DNA of 62,333 nt, the filler included. It is 16 parts of 16 records of this genome, joined end to end, with 100 filler letters (N's around TTAATTAATTAA, not from the genome) between each part and the next. Parts side by side here need not be neighbours in the genome. Positions count along the whole stretch, not along the records: positions 10,024 to 12,676 come from SRR9670534_378; positions 12,777 to 17,570 come from SRR9670534_382; positions 17,671 to 22,420 come from SRR9670534_385; positions 22,521 to 25,754 come from SRR9670534_389; 12 more parts are not named here. The stretch is one strand, 5' to 3'. This document shows positions 12,133-25,161 of this stretch, piece by piece. The notes below the pieces were generated by a model, which saw only the letters and a list, made by a program, of their open reading frames with translations, was not told where the DNA came from and made no database searches. A program made the position numbers and the translations under genes. The number at the start of each line of letters is the position of its first letter. The first letter of the stretch is position 1.

Positions 12133-14600
12133 TAGTAAATGACGAGATGTCTTCCTAATGCCGTATAATATATATTTAATAGGCCAAGGGCTTCCTCAAA
12201 ATCAAATTGCTGAACATAACAGTATTCTGGTATATTTGCAATTTGAATCTATCTATCTATCTTATTGGAAAATACCACCCATCACCCACTCTTCATGCAT
12301 CTTCTTTGTGGCATTATAATAACAGTAATTGGAGTGAATGGCTGCTCTTATTACATCGTTGGAAGAGCAACAGCCAGGATATCGATCTGTCAAATACAGC
12401 ACCACAGTTACCGTTAGTAGTTATCAATAATAATCTATCATCTTAAAGAGATTACCTTTTTTATTGAATGAATTATACAAAGGAGGAAAAGTACCAGGTG
12501 AGAAGAAGCAAACCGACTACGTAAATTTTAGACATAATTACTATAATAAGGATTCCACGTAGGTCCCCCATAAGAACGCTGTTATGTATAATAAATATGA
12601 TAAACAAATTTCAATCAAGACCAAAATGTAATGGATTTTCAACCCTCCCAAATTAACTAATATTATTAAAAGGGGGNNNNNNNNNNNNNNNNNNNNNNNN
12701 NNNNNNNNNNNNNNNNNNNNTTAATTAATTAANNNNNNNNNNNNNNNNNNNNNNNNNNNNNNNNNNNNNNNNNNNNTTATTATTATTAATAATAATTAAT
12801 AATAACAACAACCGATACGGGCAGAACGAAATATTATTGTTTTGGCTTCTATGAAAATTTTCATTTTAAAGACTGCTTTTCTGGCAGAAAATCAATATAC
12901 TCTTTTTTTATGGTTACTTACTGCTGTGCTAACAGTGTTCAGTGAACACCCTTCTCATTGTTATGATATATTTCTACAACAAGCAGCATGTTGCAGCTGA
13001 ATCAGGAATAATGATTTATTATTTCATAATTCATAGGATTCTATTCATAGTATTCGCCTTCATATAATACCTTCATAGAAAACCAGCCTGTTCATGGTAT
13101 TGTCCAAATCCCATAATAGTATCGATCGCACTTAGCTCATAGTTGGAATTAGTACCAGTATAAAACCTTTCTGATGACATCTTCGTATAGTACTTAATGA
13201 ATGGAATTTCTTTCACTGCAAGTTCCAATTTATAGCAATTGCAAGTTCCCATTTATGGCATTTATATAAAGTTTAAACTATTTGATAATTTTCATAAAAC
13301 ATGACCTATATTACAATGTAAAAAATTACTGCAAGCATTAATAATAATAACATCAATAATACAAGAAACAATAATCGCAATCGCATTAATTCAGCAACGT
13401 CTGTTAGATTGTACCTCAGAGCCTTATTATACTTATATGGGCTACTGTGCTGAATGCCATAAGTTGTTCTTTAATTACACGTTATTACTCCATTATTTAT
13501 TCAGACCTTAGACATTATTATAATAATAGTAATAATAAGTCTACAGGTAGTATACTACAAAAATTAGCAATGATAATTAATTATTGAAGAGAGCGACATC
13601 GTTATTATTATTAAATATGTATTTACCTGACTTATTGAAAATTACATAAAACACTTATGACAAATATACCAAATACACTGACAGACAACAAATAGGTGTC
13701 GCTTATACAAACAGATTTTCAAGCAACAATTAGATGTCGCTTGTACAGCCAGATTTCGCAAAGCTCGAGTAAATAACATATGTTATTGAATGGATTCCAT
13801 TCAATGGAATACTATGTTACATGAAAGAAAAATAATTAACATTACTTGTTAATTATAATAATATCAGGCGTTATTTAATAACTATAATGATATCATGTGT
13901 AATAAATTAAAGCATACGTCACAACAACTTGCGTGATTATTACTAATTCGTAATAAGCTTTTATACATTTTTGCATAAAAGCAAAACTGACAAGACAAGA
14001 AATAAAGAATTTCTGCAAATTACTTATTAAAGGCTGTATGTCATCGTCATTTAAATTAATATTAAAAAATGTACACATGTGACTTTGTACAAATTGTTCT
14101 AATGAAATGGTATACATATATGAAAACAACATCAGTTGTTTGGTATTACCAAATTGCTAACCGATCTCCAAATGATCCTTTACCAGTTTCAAATTCTGAA
14201 TACTGAACCAGTAATTGGGAGACTCTGAGACGGAGCTACCCTAAGGTTACAAATAATTTACAATTAATTACATTGATGAATTCTTGCAATAGGTAGGCCT
14301 ATAAAACAATTCCTTATATTGCTAATGTAAGAATATTTATAACAATATTTGGTTAGGTCTACTACTACTAACAATAAGTATATGTAAGTCTGCATTGATA
14401 TAATGAAGTAAGAAACATTTTGTCAATAATAGTTTGCCTTTGTTTAAAATTCATCTTTGCTAATAATAGTCTATATATTTAGCTATATATTTTGCTAATA
14501 GTCAATAATAATTTTGCTATTGATAATACAAATAGCATATCATATACTACGACTTATTATTACATTAATAATATAGTAATATAATTTATTTATTATCAAA

Positions 14601-14833
14601 GCTTTACATGCCACTCTATATTACTTTAGCCCTGTTGACTAAATACGCATGCCATTCAAATTGAATGATTCAATATTACTGAAGCCATGTTGGCCAAATA
14701 CGCATGCCACGCATTAATACTAAAGTCATGTAGGCCAAATACGCATGCCACTAAATATTGCTAAAGCCATGTTGGCCAAATACGCGTGCCACGCAGTAAT
14801 ACTAAATCCATGTTGGCCAAATACGCATGCCAA
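14601..14833. repeat. Minisatellite, ~41-bp unit, 4 clear copies plus 1-2 degenerate ones
   Basis: Repeated TACTAAAGCCATGTTGGCCAAATACGCATGCCAC-like unit. Confidence 0.85.
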
Positions 14834-15154
14834 TTGTTTAATAAGTAAAGTACATACATCGTAAGAATGGTATATTACTTAAGTCAAAATACAACTAAAA
14901 TAATAACTAAATCTATTCCTATGACTAAATGCATTATAAAATAAACTCTTAAAATATATAATTTTAGTCTTATCTATAATTAATTATAATATTAATTTAT
15001 ATTAATATTATATTAATAAACACTAATGATATTAATATTAATCAAAGTTTGATTGTATATTGTTTATTGCTAAAAACTAGATAGAGAAACAATTATGCAA
15101 AATATTTGACTAATTGTAAAATATTATGTTCAGAGAAATAAACTATTATTATAA

Positions 15155-16171
15155 TTACATTATTTGGTAAACATACAGATGAAGCATGGCATAGCAACAC
15201 TCCTTTGCATATCTGTTTGGAATATCAAACGATCTCAGGTAGTCAATAAATTCATCATTGTTTAGGTTGCAAAGCAAATATGCACCCACTAAAACGTATG
15301 CTTTTTGAATGCTAAAATAATAGGAATAAACTAAATATAAATATTATTAATAACAACAATGCAGTAGACAAATGTGATTACCCATTTTCACGCAACCTGT
15401 CATAATTCTTAGGCCCAATGGCTGGGATTTTATTTGCTGATTTATTGCACAAACCTTCGCTAACAAATTTCCGATATTTCTTGGTACATACCAAAGTTTC
15501 TGAATACTCATCTGTTGGTTTGTCAATATCTAAAAAACTATTTTAATTAATTTCAAAATATGAAAACAAAAAATGTGAAGTTATCAATAATATCTTATAA
15601 AAATCGATAAATTCATTTTAAGCTACAAATAAACATCCTTTATTATAATAATTATTAAATTAATTATTAATAATTATTAATAAATAATTAATGAATTATT
15701 AAACATCTATTATTATCGAATATAATATTAATAAAAATAATAATAATAATAAGCTTACAGGTAAAGTTATTGCACCATTCTTGAATTGCCTTTGTGCAAT
15801 CCATAGCATTTCTGTTCGAGATGTTTAGGCACATCAAATACTCAAGGAATTTTTTGTCATTCTTGTAGTAAAACAAATAGTGGCCTACCAAAAGGTAGGC
15901 TTTTTCAATGCTAAAAAGAAAAATGCATTATTAAATTTAGTTATTAACAATAAAAAATTGCCTCCAAGCTGGATAATAGGTCCTACTTACCTATGTTGAC
16001 ATAACAGGTCATAATTCCTTCGATCTATACCAGGCACTTCATTTGACGATTTGTAGTCAATTCGTTCACTAACAAACTTTAGATATTTCTTTGTCTCTGA
16101 CACTGGGATGATTTTGAAGATACCTTGCCCTTTGTTCTATTGGAATTTCTACTTCGGTACGAATAAGCCAT
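15155..16171 (-). CDS. Protein with two tandem barrier-to-autointegration-factor (BAF)-like domains
   Basis: Exons ~16136-15991, 15910-15759, 15529-15382 and 15311-15155, all internal junctions GT-AG and in frame. Repeat 1: TKKYLKFVSE..VPGI..IEKAYLLVGHYL..DCTKAIQEWCNNF. Repeat 2: TKKYRKFVSE..IPAIG..IQKAYVLVGAYL..ECCYAM. Compare BAF QKHRDFVAE..LAGIG..FDKAYVVLGQFL..DCFGCLREWCDAF. How the ATG at 16171 joins this frame is uncertain. Confidence 0.8.
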
Positions 16172-17047
16172 GTTCTCAGAATAGGCTATTAATATATGAT
16201 AGTACAATTATACTGATGCGCTGCATAAACTTTTTTGTAGTTTATTACATACAAATCATTATTATTTAAAAATGTTACTATAGTATTTATAAATACATAC
16301 CTAGATAGTGACTCGGATCCAGAAAACTGTCTAGATTTCAAAATTTCCAGATGCAAATTAGATCATGTTCATTCTTATCATTTATTATACACCTGTAACA
16401 TTGTATTATCTTAAGAAATATTTTGAACAAAAGAGCATACTGTGTTATGCATACAGTGTTTGATAACGCTAACCACAAAAATATCAATTATACACTTTTC
16501 TGATAAAAATTATTGTAACTTTCTCCCATCCTAACTCACTTGAACCAAGGACTCTTTTACACGGTATATAATGTAGCCCTATAAGATACCTTGACTTAAA
16601 ATAGTTTGGGTATGAAAAGTATTGGCCTTGAGTTAATGATTTACACGCAATAGGCCTAATATCAATGTAATTCATATAGGTATGCATGTATTATTACTTT
16701 ATTAAAACCGTAACTTTTCATGACAATAAAAGATGTCGATATTCAATTCAGAGAAATTCTCCACATCACGCATAATAATCGTCAGCTAATGCAAAATGAA
16801 GGCTCTGATTCGAAAACAATTGTTTATTGTTATTCTTAACCATTTCGCCTGAATAATGATGCTTCAATGCAGCTCTAAGTCTTCTCAAATTACACTGGAT
16901 TATTATTAATTATTAAACTTAATTGCGACGTGCAACGTCAATATATTATTATTGATTCTTTTCATTACCATTACTATTAATAATAATAATGTCACGATAT
17001 TACAGAAATAACTAATATACCTACTCCTTGTTGACAACTTCAAACTC

Positions 17048-17267
17048 ATGCTAGGAACGCGTCTTTTGTTAATTTTCATAATTGAAGCTTCTTTCATTAT
17101 TTTGGTATCAAGTTTGCATTGCTACCAGTGCGATGAAAATTATGATTTGTACAAGGGACAAAACTGTTTAGAAGAACCCAAAAAGAATACTTTAAGAAAA
17201 TGTATTTTAGCTGAAAAGAACATATGTTCCATGACATACTCAGAATTTTTGTTAAATGCAACAAAGG
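17048..17267 (+). CDS. Ly6/uPAR three-finger (quiver/sleepless-like) protein, first exon; remainder lost at contig end
   Basis: Signal peptide followed by LHCYQC..C..C..C spacing typical of LU domains. GT donor at 17268. Confidence 0.7.
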
Positions 17268-18676
17268 GTAATAAATTTCTTCATATTGTTATTATAATAC
17301 AATACCTATTATTATATAGGTATATTATATATATTATAATACAATATAATACAATAATTATTATAATACAATATATTATAATACAATATAGTATTATAAT
17401 ACAATAATTTTATTAATATTTAATTATGATAATAATAATTATTACTAATATATTTATTAATATTTAATTATAAATAATTATAATTATATCATTATCATAT
17501 TTATTATTAATATTTAATTATGATAATTATAATAACAATAATTATTATTATAATTGTAATAATAATTATANNNNNNNNNNNNNNNNNNNNNNNNNNNNNN
17601 NNNNNNNNNNNNNNTTAATTAATTAANNNNNNNNNNNNNNNNNNNNNNNNNNNNNNNNNNNNNNNNNNNNAACAAGCCAATTTGCATCAAGTTTGACGAA
17701 GAAGTTTTATTTTACCCATGATGCATTACCACCAAACGCATAATGCTTTGATAATTAGCTTAGAACGTTACATTTACTATACTTACCAATATTTAAATAT
17801 TTAAATTAAATAGTTAATTTAAATATTAAAATTATTGCCAATATTTCAAAATTCTTATTTTTATTTTCAATTTTAAATTTTAACTTTCAGACTGAAAATG
17901 TCAGCATTCACTATTCAGGCTATAGAACGTTATTAGAGATTTTTTCTATATTCAGTTTGATACCGTCTATTTAAAATACTTTTTTTTTAACTTTTTTACT
18001 ATAGTTACTATATACGCAACATATATATACAATGCATAGTAAAGCTTACTAATATTATTAATCTAATAAAGGACTAGAATAGGTTCGGTTAAGTGATAAA
18101 ATGGGTTTTCTAATTCGAAATGGTCTAAATCGATGAATTTCCCAGATAGAAAAAAACATTGTTTGAACAAAAGAGTAATTTAACCATTTGGAAGATGAAA
18201 ACTATGGTTGAGCAATTAACAAGAGTCTCTTGTCAAGAGAATTGTGGAATGAACCTAATTGGAACAACCTAATTATTATGTAATAATAAGAGGTGTAATA
18301 AGTAATAAAAAGATGGCGGTAATGCTATATTCAGAATTTCTCCATTTGTTTGATTAATAATAGAATTTTCTTCATGACATGCACTCTATAATTCGTAGAG
18401 CAACAACGCCAAATAAACATCATTTGAAGGATATTATTGATTCATATGCAACAATATAGGTATTATGAAAGAATTTACAATAAAAATAGGTTTTACATTA
18501 AATTAAAACTATGACAAAGTTCTTAAAATATTGCAGACGAATGCAAACTGCTAAACAGATTTCACTATGATTCTAGCGATTATTATCATATGCCTTAAGT
18601 ACAATAAAATGGAATATATTCGCAAATGTGGTAATAATTAAAAAATTTTAAAATCTGTAGATGAATAACAATGGCC

Positions 18677-21600
18677 TTAGTGTGTACGACTAATAACTTC
18701 AATTTGTTCTTCTTTACGTACAACTGCTTCATCCTGATCATTACTATCTTCTGCTGATTGTATACTTCCATAATCTTCATGTAGTTGAACTTGCGATGAA
18801 GTTGTCGTTTCAGGTTCTTCAAGTCCAACGATTTCAAATCCTTCCTCTTCACCAAATACGTTTGGTACATATTTCTAAAAAGACTCCGTTAGGTAATAAA
18901 ATTGATGCACACCATTCTCACCGATTTTAAATCTAGTTCAGGTTCTGCTACTTCTGGTGGTTTCTTCTTCTAAAGTATAGCTTTTGCAAAACATTATTTC
19001 GATATGTAATTAACAATACCGTGTTAATTCTGGTGGAAAACAAAGTACCAAACATGACTTGAACTGCTTCTGGAACTACAGATTCTTCTTCATCTTCAGA
19101 TTCCGTTGCCAATAACCCTCTTCTAAATGTAGATTTCCCGAAATACCATATGTCTCGAAAACACATGCGAACTGTGTATAAGATCAGCGATAAGATCAAT
19201 GTTACAAGGTTAAACGTACCAAGTGCAGCCAACATTCCTAAAATCAAGTAAAAATGTAATGATACTGACATCTTTTTTGAATTCCGTACCTTGTCGAACG
19301 ATCGTGAAAAACAGCAACGTTACTTGTAACAGAATGACTCCAAAAATAACATAATTCATGGATGTGTTATGAATATCACGAGATATTGTGGATGGTTTGT
19401 AAACAAAGTATATGTTGTACCGATCCAATAAGTGCTTCATGGCAAAATACAGCAAACCTGAAATGTTCGCAAAATAAGGTAGACGCAAAATAATAATTAT
19501 TACTTAAGTACGAATTTATACCAAATGGCGTGATTATAGGGCAGATCAGACTGTATGACATAACAATGGCAAAAATGCTCAGAACATAAGCATACTGGAC
19601 TGGATAATCATATTCCATAAGACCAGCTTTGGCTGCAAATATTCTTTCCACCTTCGATCTTGCCCGCAAGCGTCCCCATGCATAAAGCAAAAGATGGTGG
19701 ATTCTCAAGTAACCCATTCCAGTACCAATAAAGGTTGCTGTTATGATGTAATTGACGAAAAAAGCTCCCTTGTCAGGTAAAAATATACACCTAAAAACAA
19801 ATCTACTTCGTTAGATGAAATTTTCATCATGAAAATTACATGAACATAGGCGTATCACCGTTTTTTTTTGTTGGTACGCTAAATAGATAGCGCCAATAAC
19901 AAAAGTAGATGGCGCCAATAATTAAAGCAAATAATACCAACAAATAAGATAAATAATACTACCTAACAATCATAATAAATAATAGTAATTCATTGAAATA
20001 AACACTTACGTCCACTGAAAACCCAAAATTACTTGCTGAATGGTGACATCTTCCTTATTTTTCCCAGCAAAATACATGATCAAAGCTTGTGCTGAAGTTA
20101 AACCCAAAGCAGGCAAAATTAACAGCATCAATAACAGAAGAATGTAACATCTTCTCATTAAGCTTAAATTTTGTCGATCACTTGTCCAATGTCCACAAAA
20201 CGTACTGAGATACCACATTGCAAATGGAACGAGAAAAGTAAATATCAAAAGAATCAAGGATGGAACAACGTTGGAAACGAAGGCACTACCAATGTGCGAC
20301 AGAACCGATTGGTAACTAACATCATCCAAGATGTTGAGCAGTGCAGCTGGTGTTGTTCCGAAAATTATCAGCAAAATTGCGGCTAATGTTATAAGAATGT
20401 ATCTAACCCACCAAATGGATGGTTTTAACGAAATATTCTGCCATAAGATGTATTGTGGTTTTGGTGCAAATGATACTGTCCACTTGTGAACTTTTAGCTC
20501 TGAAGAAATTGATGAGGTAGCTGGTCGTTTTCTGCAACCTTTGACAAGACCAAAATCTTGCCATATGGATTTTGCCATTTTGGCATCAGTGAATGTTACG
20601 AAAGCTATTCCACGAGGATGGTGAAAAGATTTTGCGCGTTCTTCGGTGCATTTCTTTTCATAATCTTGCAAGAGCTTCTGGTAAAATCTTGCAGCTGGTT
20701 CTTCGGTACATTTGCAACAACATTTACAACACTTTTTACAACAAAGTCCACATGTACGAGGAACCACCATAACATCCTCACCAGTGTTTCTAGTTATATA
20801 TTCCGTCATCTCTAAAAGTAATGCCATTTGAAGACGTTTCTTGTTTAACTTGATTAGCTTTCTAGTGTCATAAACTAGTTGAAGGGATTCCATCTCAGTT
20901 TCAGGATAAGCTTCGTTAAAATGCTGGATTAAAAAACTTCTATGGCATTGGTCAGTTGGAATATTGCTAATCATTACGCTGTTTTCGGCGACTGTATCGT
21001 CCGTGTCTGCTAGTGAAACGTATTTCGTAAATAAAAACAGCATCACGTAAGCCATTACCAAATATCCGACGGCAATACTTGCATGTATCCAAAGAAATGG
21101 GCTTTCTGCATCTAAATTGCCTATTGTTGCCATTCCAAAAGTGGTTTCCATTTGAGCACCTTTGGTAACGTTAACAGGCAACACAAAGCATACTGAAATC
21201 ACTGTAATGAAGCACAAGTAAAATAGGAGGTATCGTTGGAACTTTAAATAACCCACAGAATCATTGCCGCATTTCTCCCTGAAATTTTCATCACTTAATC
21301 GAAAGAGTCGTGCAATCCAATAAAAGAACATCTTCAGTCTAAGTTTTGGGTTTGAACCAGAGCTACTAGCGGCGTAAACTGCAGCCACGTCTTCTTTTAA
21401 GCAAAAACTATGGAGCCATACATTGTAACCAGTTCCACCACGCTGACGAGCAATTTGTCCATATTTTTCATATAACTCAGCATATCCAAAGGCAACTTGT
21501 CGCAGAATGGAAAAGACCAATATCAAAAGAACCCATGCAATTACATTAAATGCAACATTGGAGGGTACTCCCTCAAAATCATCTGATGATAGTGTGAAAT

Positions 21601-21703
21601 TAAACAGACCTGTCGAGAAGGTGTCGGTATCATAAATAAAGCACTGCTGAAAATCCGTAGTATTCGTACTATTCGTTACATTAGACATGGAATGATCTAC
21701 CAT
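18677..21703 (-). CDS. TMEM63: TMEM63/OSCA/CSC1 mechanosensitive cation channel
   Basis: Exons 21703-20010, 19790-19522, 19457-19290, 19237-19020, 18969-18922 and 18874-18677, all GT-AG and in frame. Motifs: YLKFQRYL, VLPVN, GIAFVTF, FAPKPQYILWQN, CIFLPDKGAFFVNYII, PFGLLYFAMKHLLDRYNIYF. Confidence 0.95.
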
Positions 21704-22183
21704 TTCAATTTCTCTGCCTTATTATTAAAACATAATAATAATTCATATTACTGTATTGGGCTAGTACTATCAGCTGTGTTCTAAAAAGTTTTCAAGCTTC
21801 ATATTTGATTAGGTAGATACATGTACATATGGTATGTAATTATTGATAAAAAATACCTATGTACCTAGGTAAATACATGTACTGTACATATCTCTGTGGG
21901 TAATTAAATTAATTAAACATTAATACAAATATGTATACATCATGTATAATACATGTACCTACCGTTACGGTAGTACCGTATGTACCGTACATACTATTTA
22001 CTTACCGTACCTCCTAGGTAAGCTACCTAGGTACATAGTACAGTACATATATGTACCAAGGATATTACACACTTGATATGTACTATGTAGTACATTGTAT
22101 GTATTACTAATACAGTATTAGTAAATTGAAGTTACGGGACTTTGTAGTACATTGTATGTAGTACTATGTAATACAGTAATATA

Positions 22184-22230
22184 AATTGAAGTTACGGGAC
22201 TAATACAGTATTAGTCCCGTAACTTCAATT
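22184..22230. repeat. Perfect 47-bp palindrome (23-bp arms, 1-nt spacer) overlapping a ~60-bp tandem duplication
   Basis: AATTGAAGTTACGGGACTAATAC-A-GTATTAGTCCCGTAACTTCAATT. A partial direct copy of the arm lies at 22124-22140. Confidence 0.9.
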
Positions 22231-22963
22231 CAGTGTCGTCATCAATGTACATCAATGTACGTAACGTAACGAAACGCTCGATTTCGGTCACCAAAAAACA
22301 ATGTAAAGTATGAATATTCAGTACGTAAATAACATACCTATTCCATGTAAGTTATATGATGTAACCTTCTTCAAGAGACTGATCAACGCGTAACTACAGT
22401 ATAACCCCGTTATAGTGAACNNNNNNNNNNNNNNNNNNNNNNNNNNNNNNNNNNNNNNNNNNNNTTAATTAATTAANNNNNNNNNNNNNNNNNNNNNNNN
22501 NNNNNNNNNNNNNNNNNNNNAAGACTAGTATAAGAGTTGTCTATTATGCTATATCTGACTAATTGTTTTTAGTACTTTATTGTATATGAATAATAATAAT
22601 TATAAATTTTTTAAGATACACATATTCTGTCATAATTAAGAGTTAACTCTTTATTATTACTAAAAAACTAAAAAGTAACCCAATAAAGACTTTTATTATA
22701 AAGGTGAACCATTTTCCCCATCTTACCCTATACAGAAATGTCTGCAAACAGCTACAGCAGAAATCCATTAATTAAAGGTTACTCATTGTTAGCAGCAATT
22801 TGCTACCACGTAAGAAGCTTTAAAAAATAAAAGTCAAAGAAAAAATCAAAATAATGAGTTACTTGTTATATGGTTTTAGTGGTCATGCACCACAATTACT
22901 GCAGTTTTACACATTTTTAAATTATTTGAAATGTAACATTTATTATGCAGTGAAAACAATTAA

Positions 22964-25161
22964 TTAAAACATAATCTTTGGTTCCAAGATCTTCATGTAT
23001 TGTTGTTTGGTGAAAATCAAATGTTCTATCGATGAAAGAGCAATTAAAGCAGTTACAAATGCAAAAACAATGTATGTCAAAACAGTTCCAGTGATAGTGA
23101 CCAAGTATGACACAAGAATGCCCAAAAAAATTTCTGCGAAAAAATATGATACATCCATCTTACCAATTGAAGTACCAATACCATGTGAATCGGCTGATGC
23201 CAAAGATATATCTTGAAAGAAGGTCTAAATAATTTTACCGTTCAAGGAAAACTTTTTATTAATCATTATTAATTAATGTGTATTAACTGTACCAACTACG
23301 TAGATAAGGTAAGTAATACAGTAATGGTATACAGTATACAGTATACTGTATACCGTATACTATATACTATATATACTATAATAGTATCACACAATATACT
23401 ACGTACAATTTGTACGGTACAAATATACAACATGCAATCAAGTATATATAATGTACCATATATATACTTGATTGTTTATTATTATAATTATTATTAATAA
23501 CTAAGACTAGTAAAATATAGGCCTACCTCCCTGTTGCCATCATACATAGTAACCAAAATATAAGGTAATGTGGTTAAGGTAGCATATCCCAGGCCAGTTA
23601 TCATGCACAAGAAATTAACAAGATAAATATTCTTAATAAATAACATTAAAAATGTACAAATGGCAAAAGTTGTCATTCCAAAAACATACATTGTTTTTAC
23701 AGAATACCTTTGTACCAAACCATCCAATAAAAAGGAATAAATGGAAGCAGCAATACAGTGTAGAAATAAACCAAGTGAGCCAACTCTAATGCCCCTGTCA
23801 TAAGCCATGCCTAAAGGTTCATCACTTTCAGCCTCTGGTGAACCTCCATAAAGATACTGACCAACAAAATCAGTGTAAAATAGATTAAATGAAAACATCG
23901 CTACCCATGACCAAAAGTTTGTAATCATCAAACGGGTAAGGGCATAAGGAGTATTGGCCATGTGCGTCCACATTCGTTTAGGCATTAAAAACTTTAAAAT
24001 TACATGTACAAAGAAATATTTTAAATGATTAAAAATAAAGCCAAGGCAGAGAAAACGAAAAGTCGAACGCTCGTAGACTTTAGACATTGAGCTTGATAAG
24101 AATCTTGTCATTGGAAAATTATCAGATCTATCAAAAAAGCTGCTGTTATCGGAAGAACTGCTGTCTTCATCATAAATAGGGTCAGAATGAAGAAAATCCT
24201 CTTCTGTCAAATTTTCTTTATCCATAAATACAAAAGTATTACTCATGTTTCTACCATGAGTTGGTGTCAGTGGTGTACTTGGAGTATTTGGCCAATGCTT
24301 GACATAGGGTTTTTCATCGGCAACAACAAGCGTAATTATTAGTGCAGTTAAGAATAAAATACACAAAATAAAAAAGACAGTACGTTCCTGAGAACCAAAA
24401 AATGCTCCATATGAACTATCATTTATCCAGTCAACTGCTGTAACAAAGTAACCAACACTTCCTCCGATACCAATCATGAATGAGTAAACAATAAAAGCTT
24501 TATGTTCATTTCTACTTCCCTAAACAATAATTTCATTGTTATTTTTATTTGTTCTTAATTATTAATAATATGTAAAAAAATATAGGTACATAAATACAGC
24601 TATTGTGTATACTATGTTTTGTACTGCAAATAGCATTAGTAGTGAATGAATATTTACACTTGCCTTACAAATATCAGACAGGAGAGCTTCACATGGTGTT
24701 AAACCACACTGACTGGTAAGATCTAACAACACAGATCCAAAACATAAAATGGTCATAGCCGTTATTTTAATCAGTTTGCTATTAGCTGCCATGTAGCTTG
24801 CAAAGTAACCAGCATAAGGAATAAGTATTAACGAAATCAACAAAAATATACCAATAATTAGAACAAAAGGTCTTCGACGCCCATACGAACTTGTACAACG
24901 ATCACTTAAGCTTCCAATCATAGGTACAATAAATATAGCAAAAAAAGGACCCGTACCTATCACAATGCCCATTACAGTCTCACTTATACCTGCCTTTAAA
25001 ATCATGGGAGGTAGATACGAAAAACCAGCACTTGCACAAACTTCAAAACAAAACACGACCATGTTCAACAAGATTAACTGTAAAAGGCTAATTTGAAAAT
25101 CTTCACCCTTTGAGCGAACGAAATGCTTTGTATGGGAAAGATGCAAATGACTGGTTTCCAT
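22964..25161 (-). CDS. SLC45: SLC45-family MFS sugar/H+ symporter (prostein/SLC45A3-like)
   Basis: Exons 25161-24664 (or 24658), 24519-23527 and 23224-22964. Motifs: GSLSDRCTSSYGRRRPF, TPCEALLSD, FYTDFVGQYLYGGSP, YDRGIRVGSLGL. Confidence 0.92.

Noticed and set aside
14601-14833. 41-bp repeats as a CRISPR array
   Set aside because: Units are head-to-tail without unique spacers, there are no cas genes, and the context is eukaryotic.
17891-17974. Terminal-exon-like segment (TENVSIHYSG..FSIFSLIPSI*) as the GPI tail of the Ly6 gene
   Set aside because: It lies on a different contig across an artificial spacer and lacks the CCxxxxCN motif.
20015-20032. 18-nt GT..AG (GTAATTTTGGGTTTTCAG) in TMEM63 as an ultra-short intron
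   Set aside because: It reads through in frame (VILGFQ), removing it would leave a 5-nt exon, and all other introns here are ~45 nt or longer.
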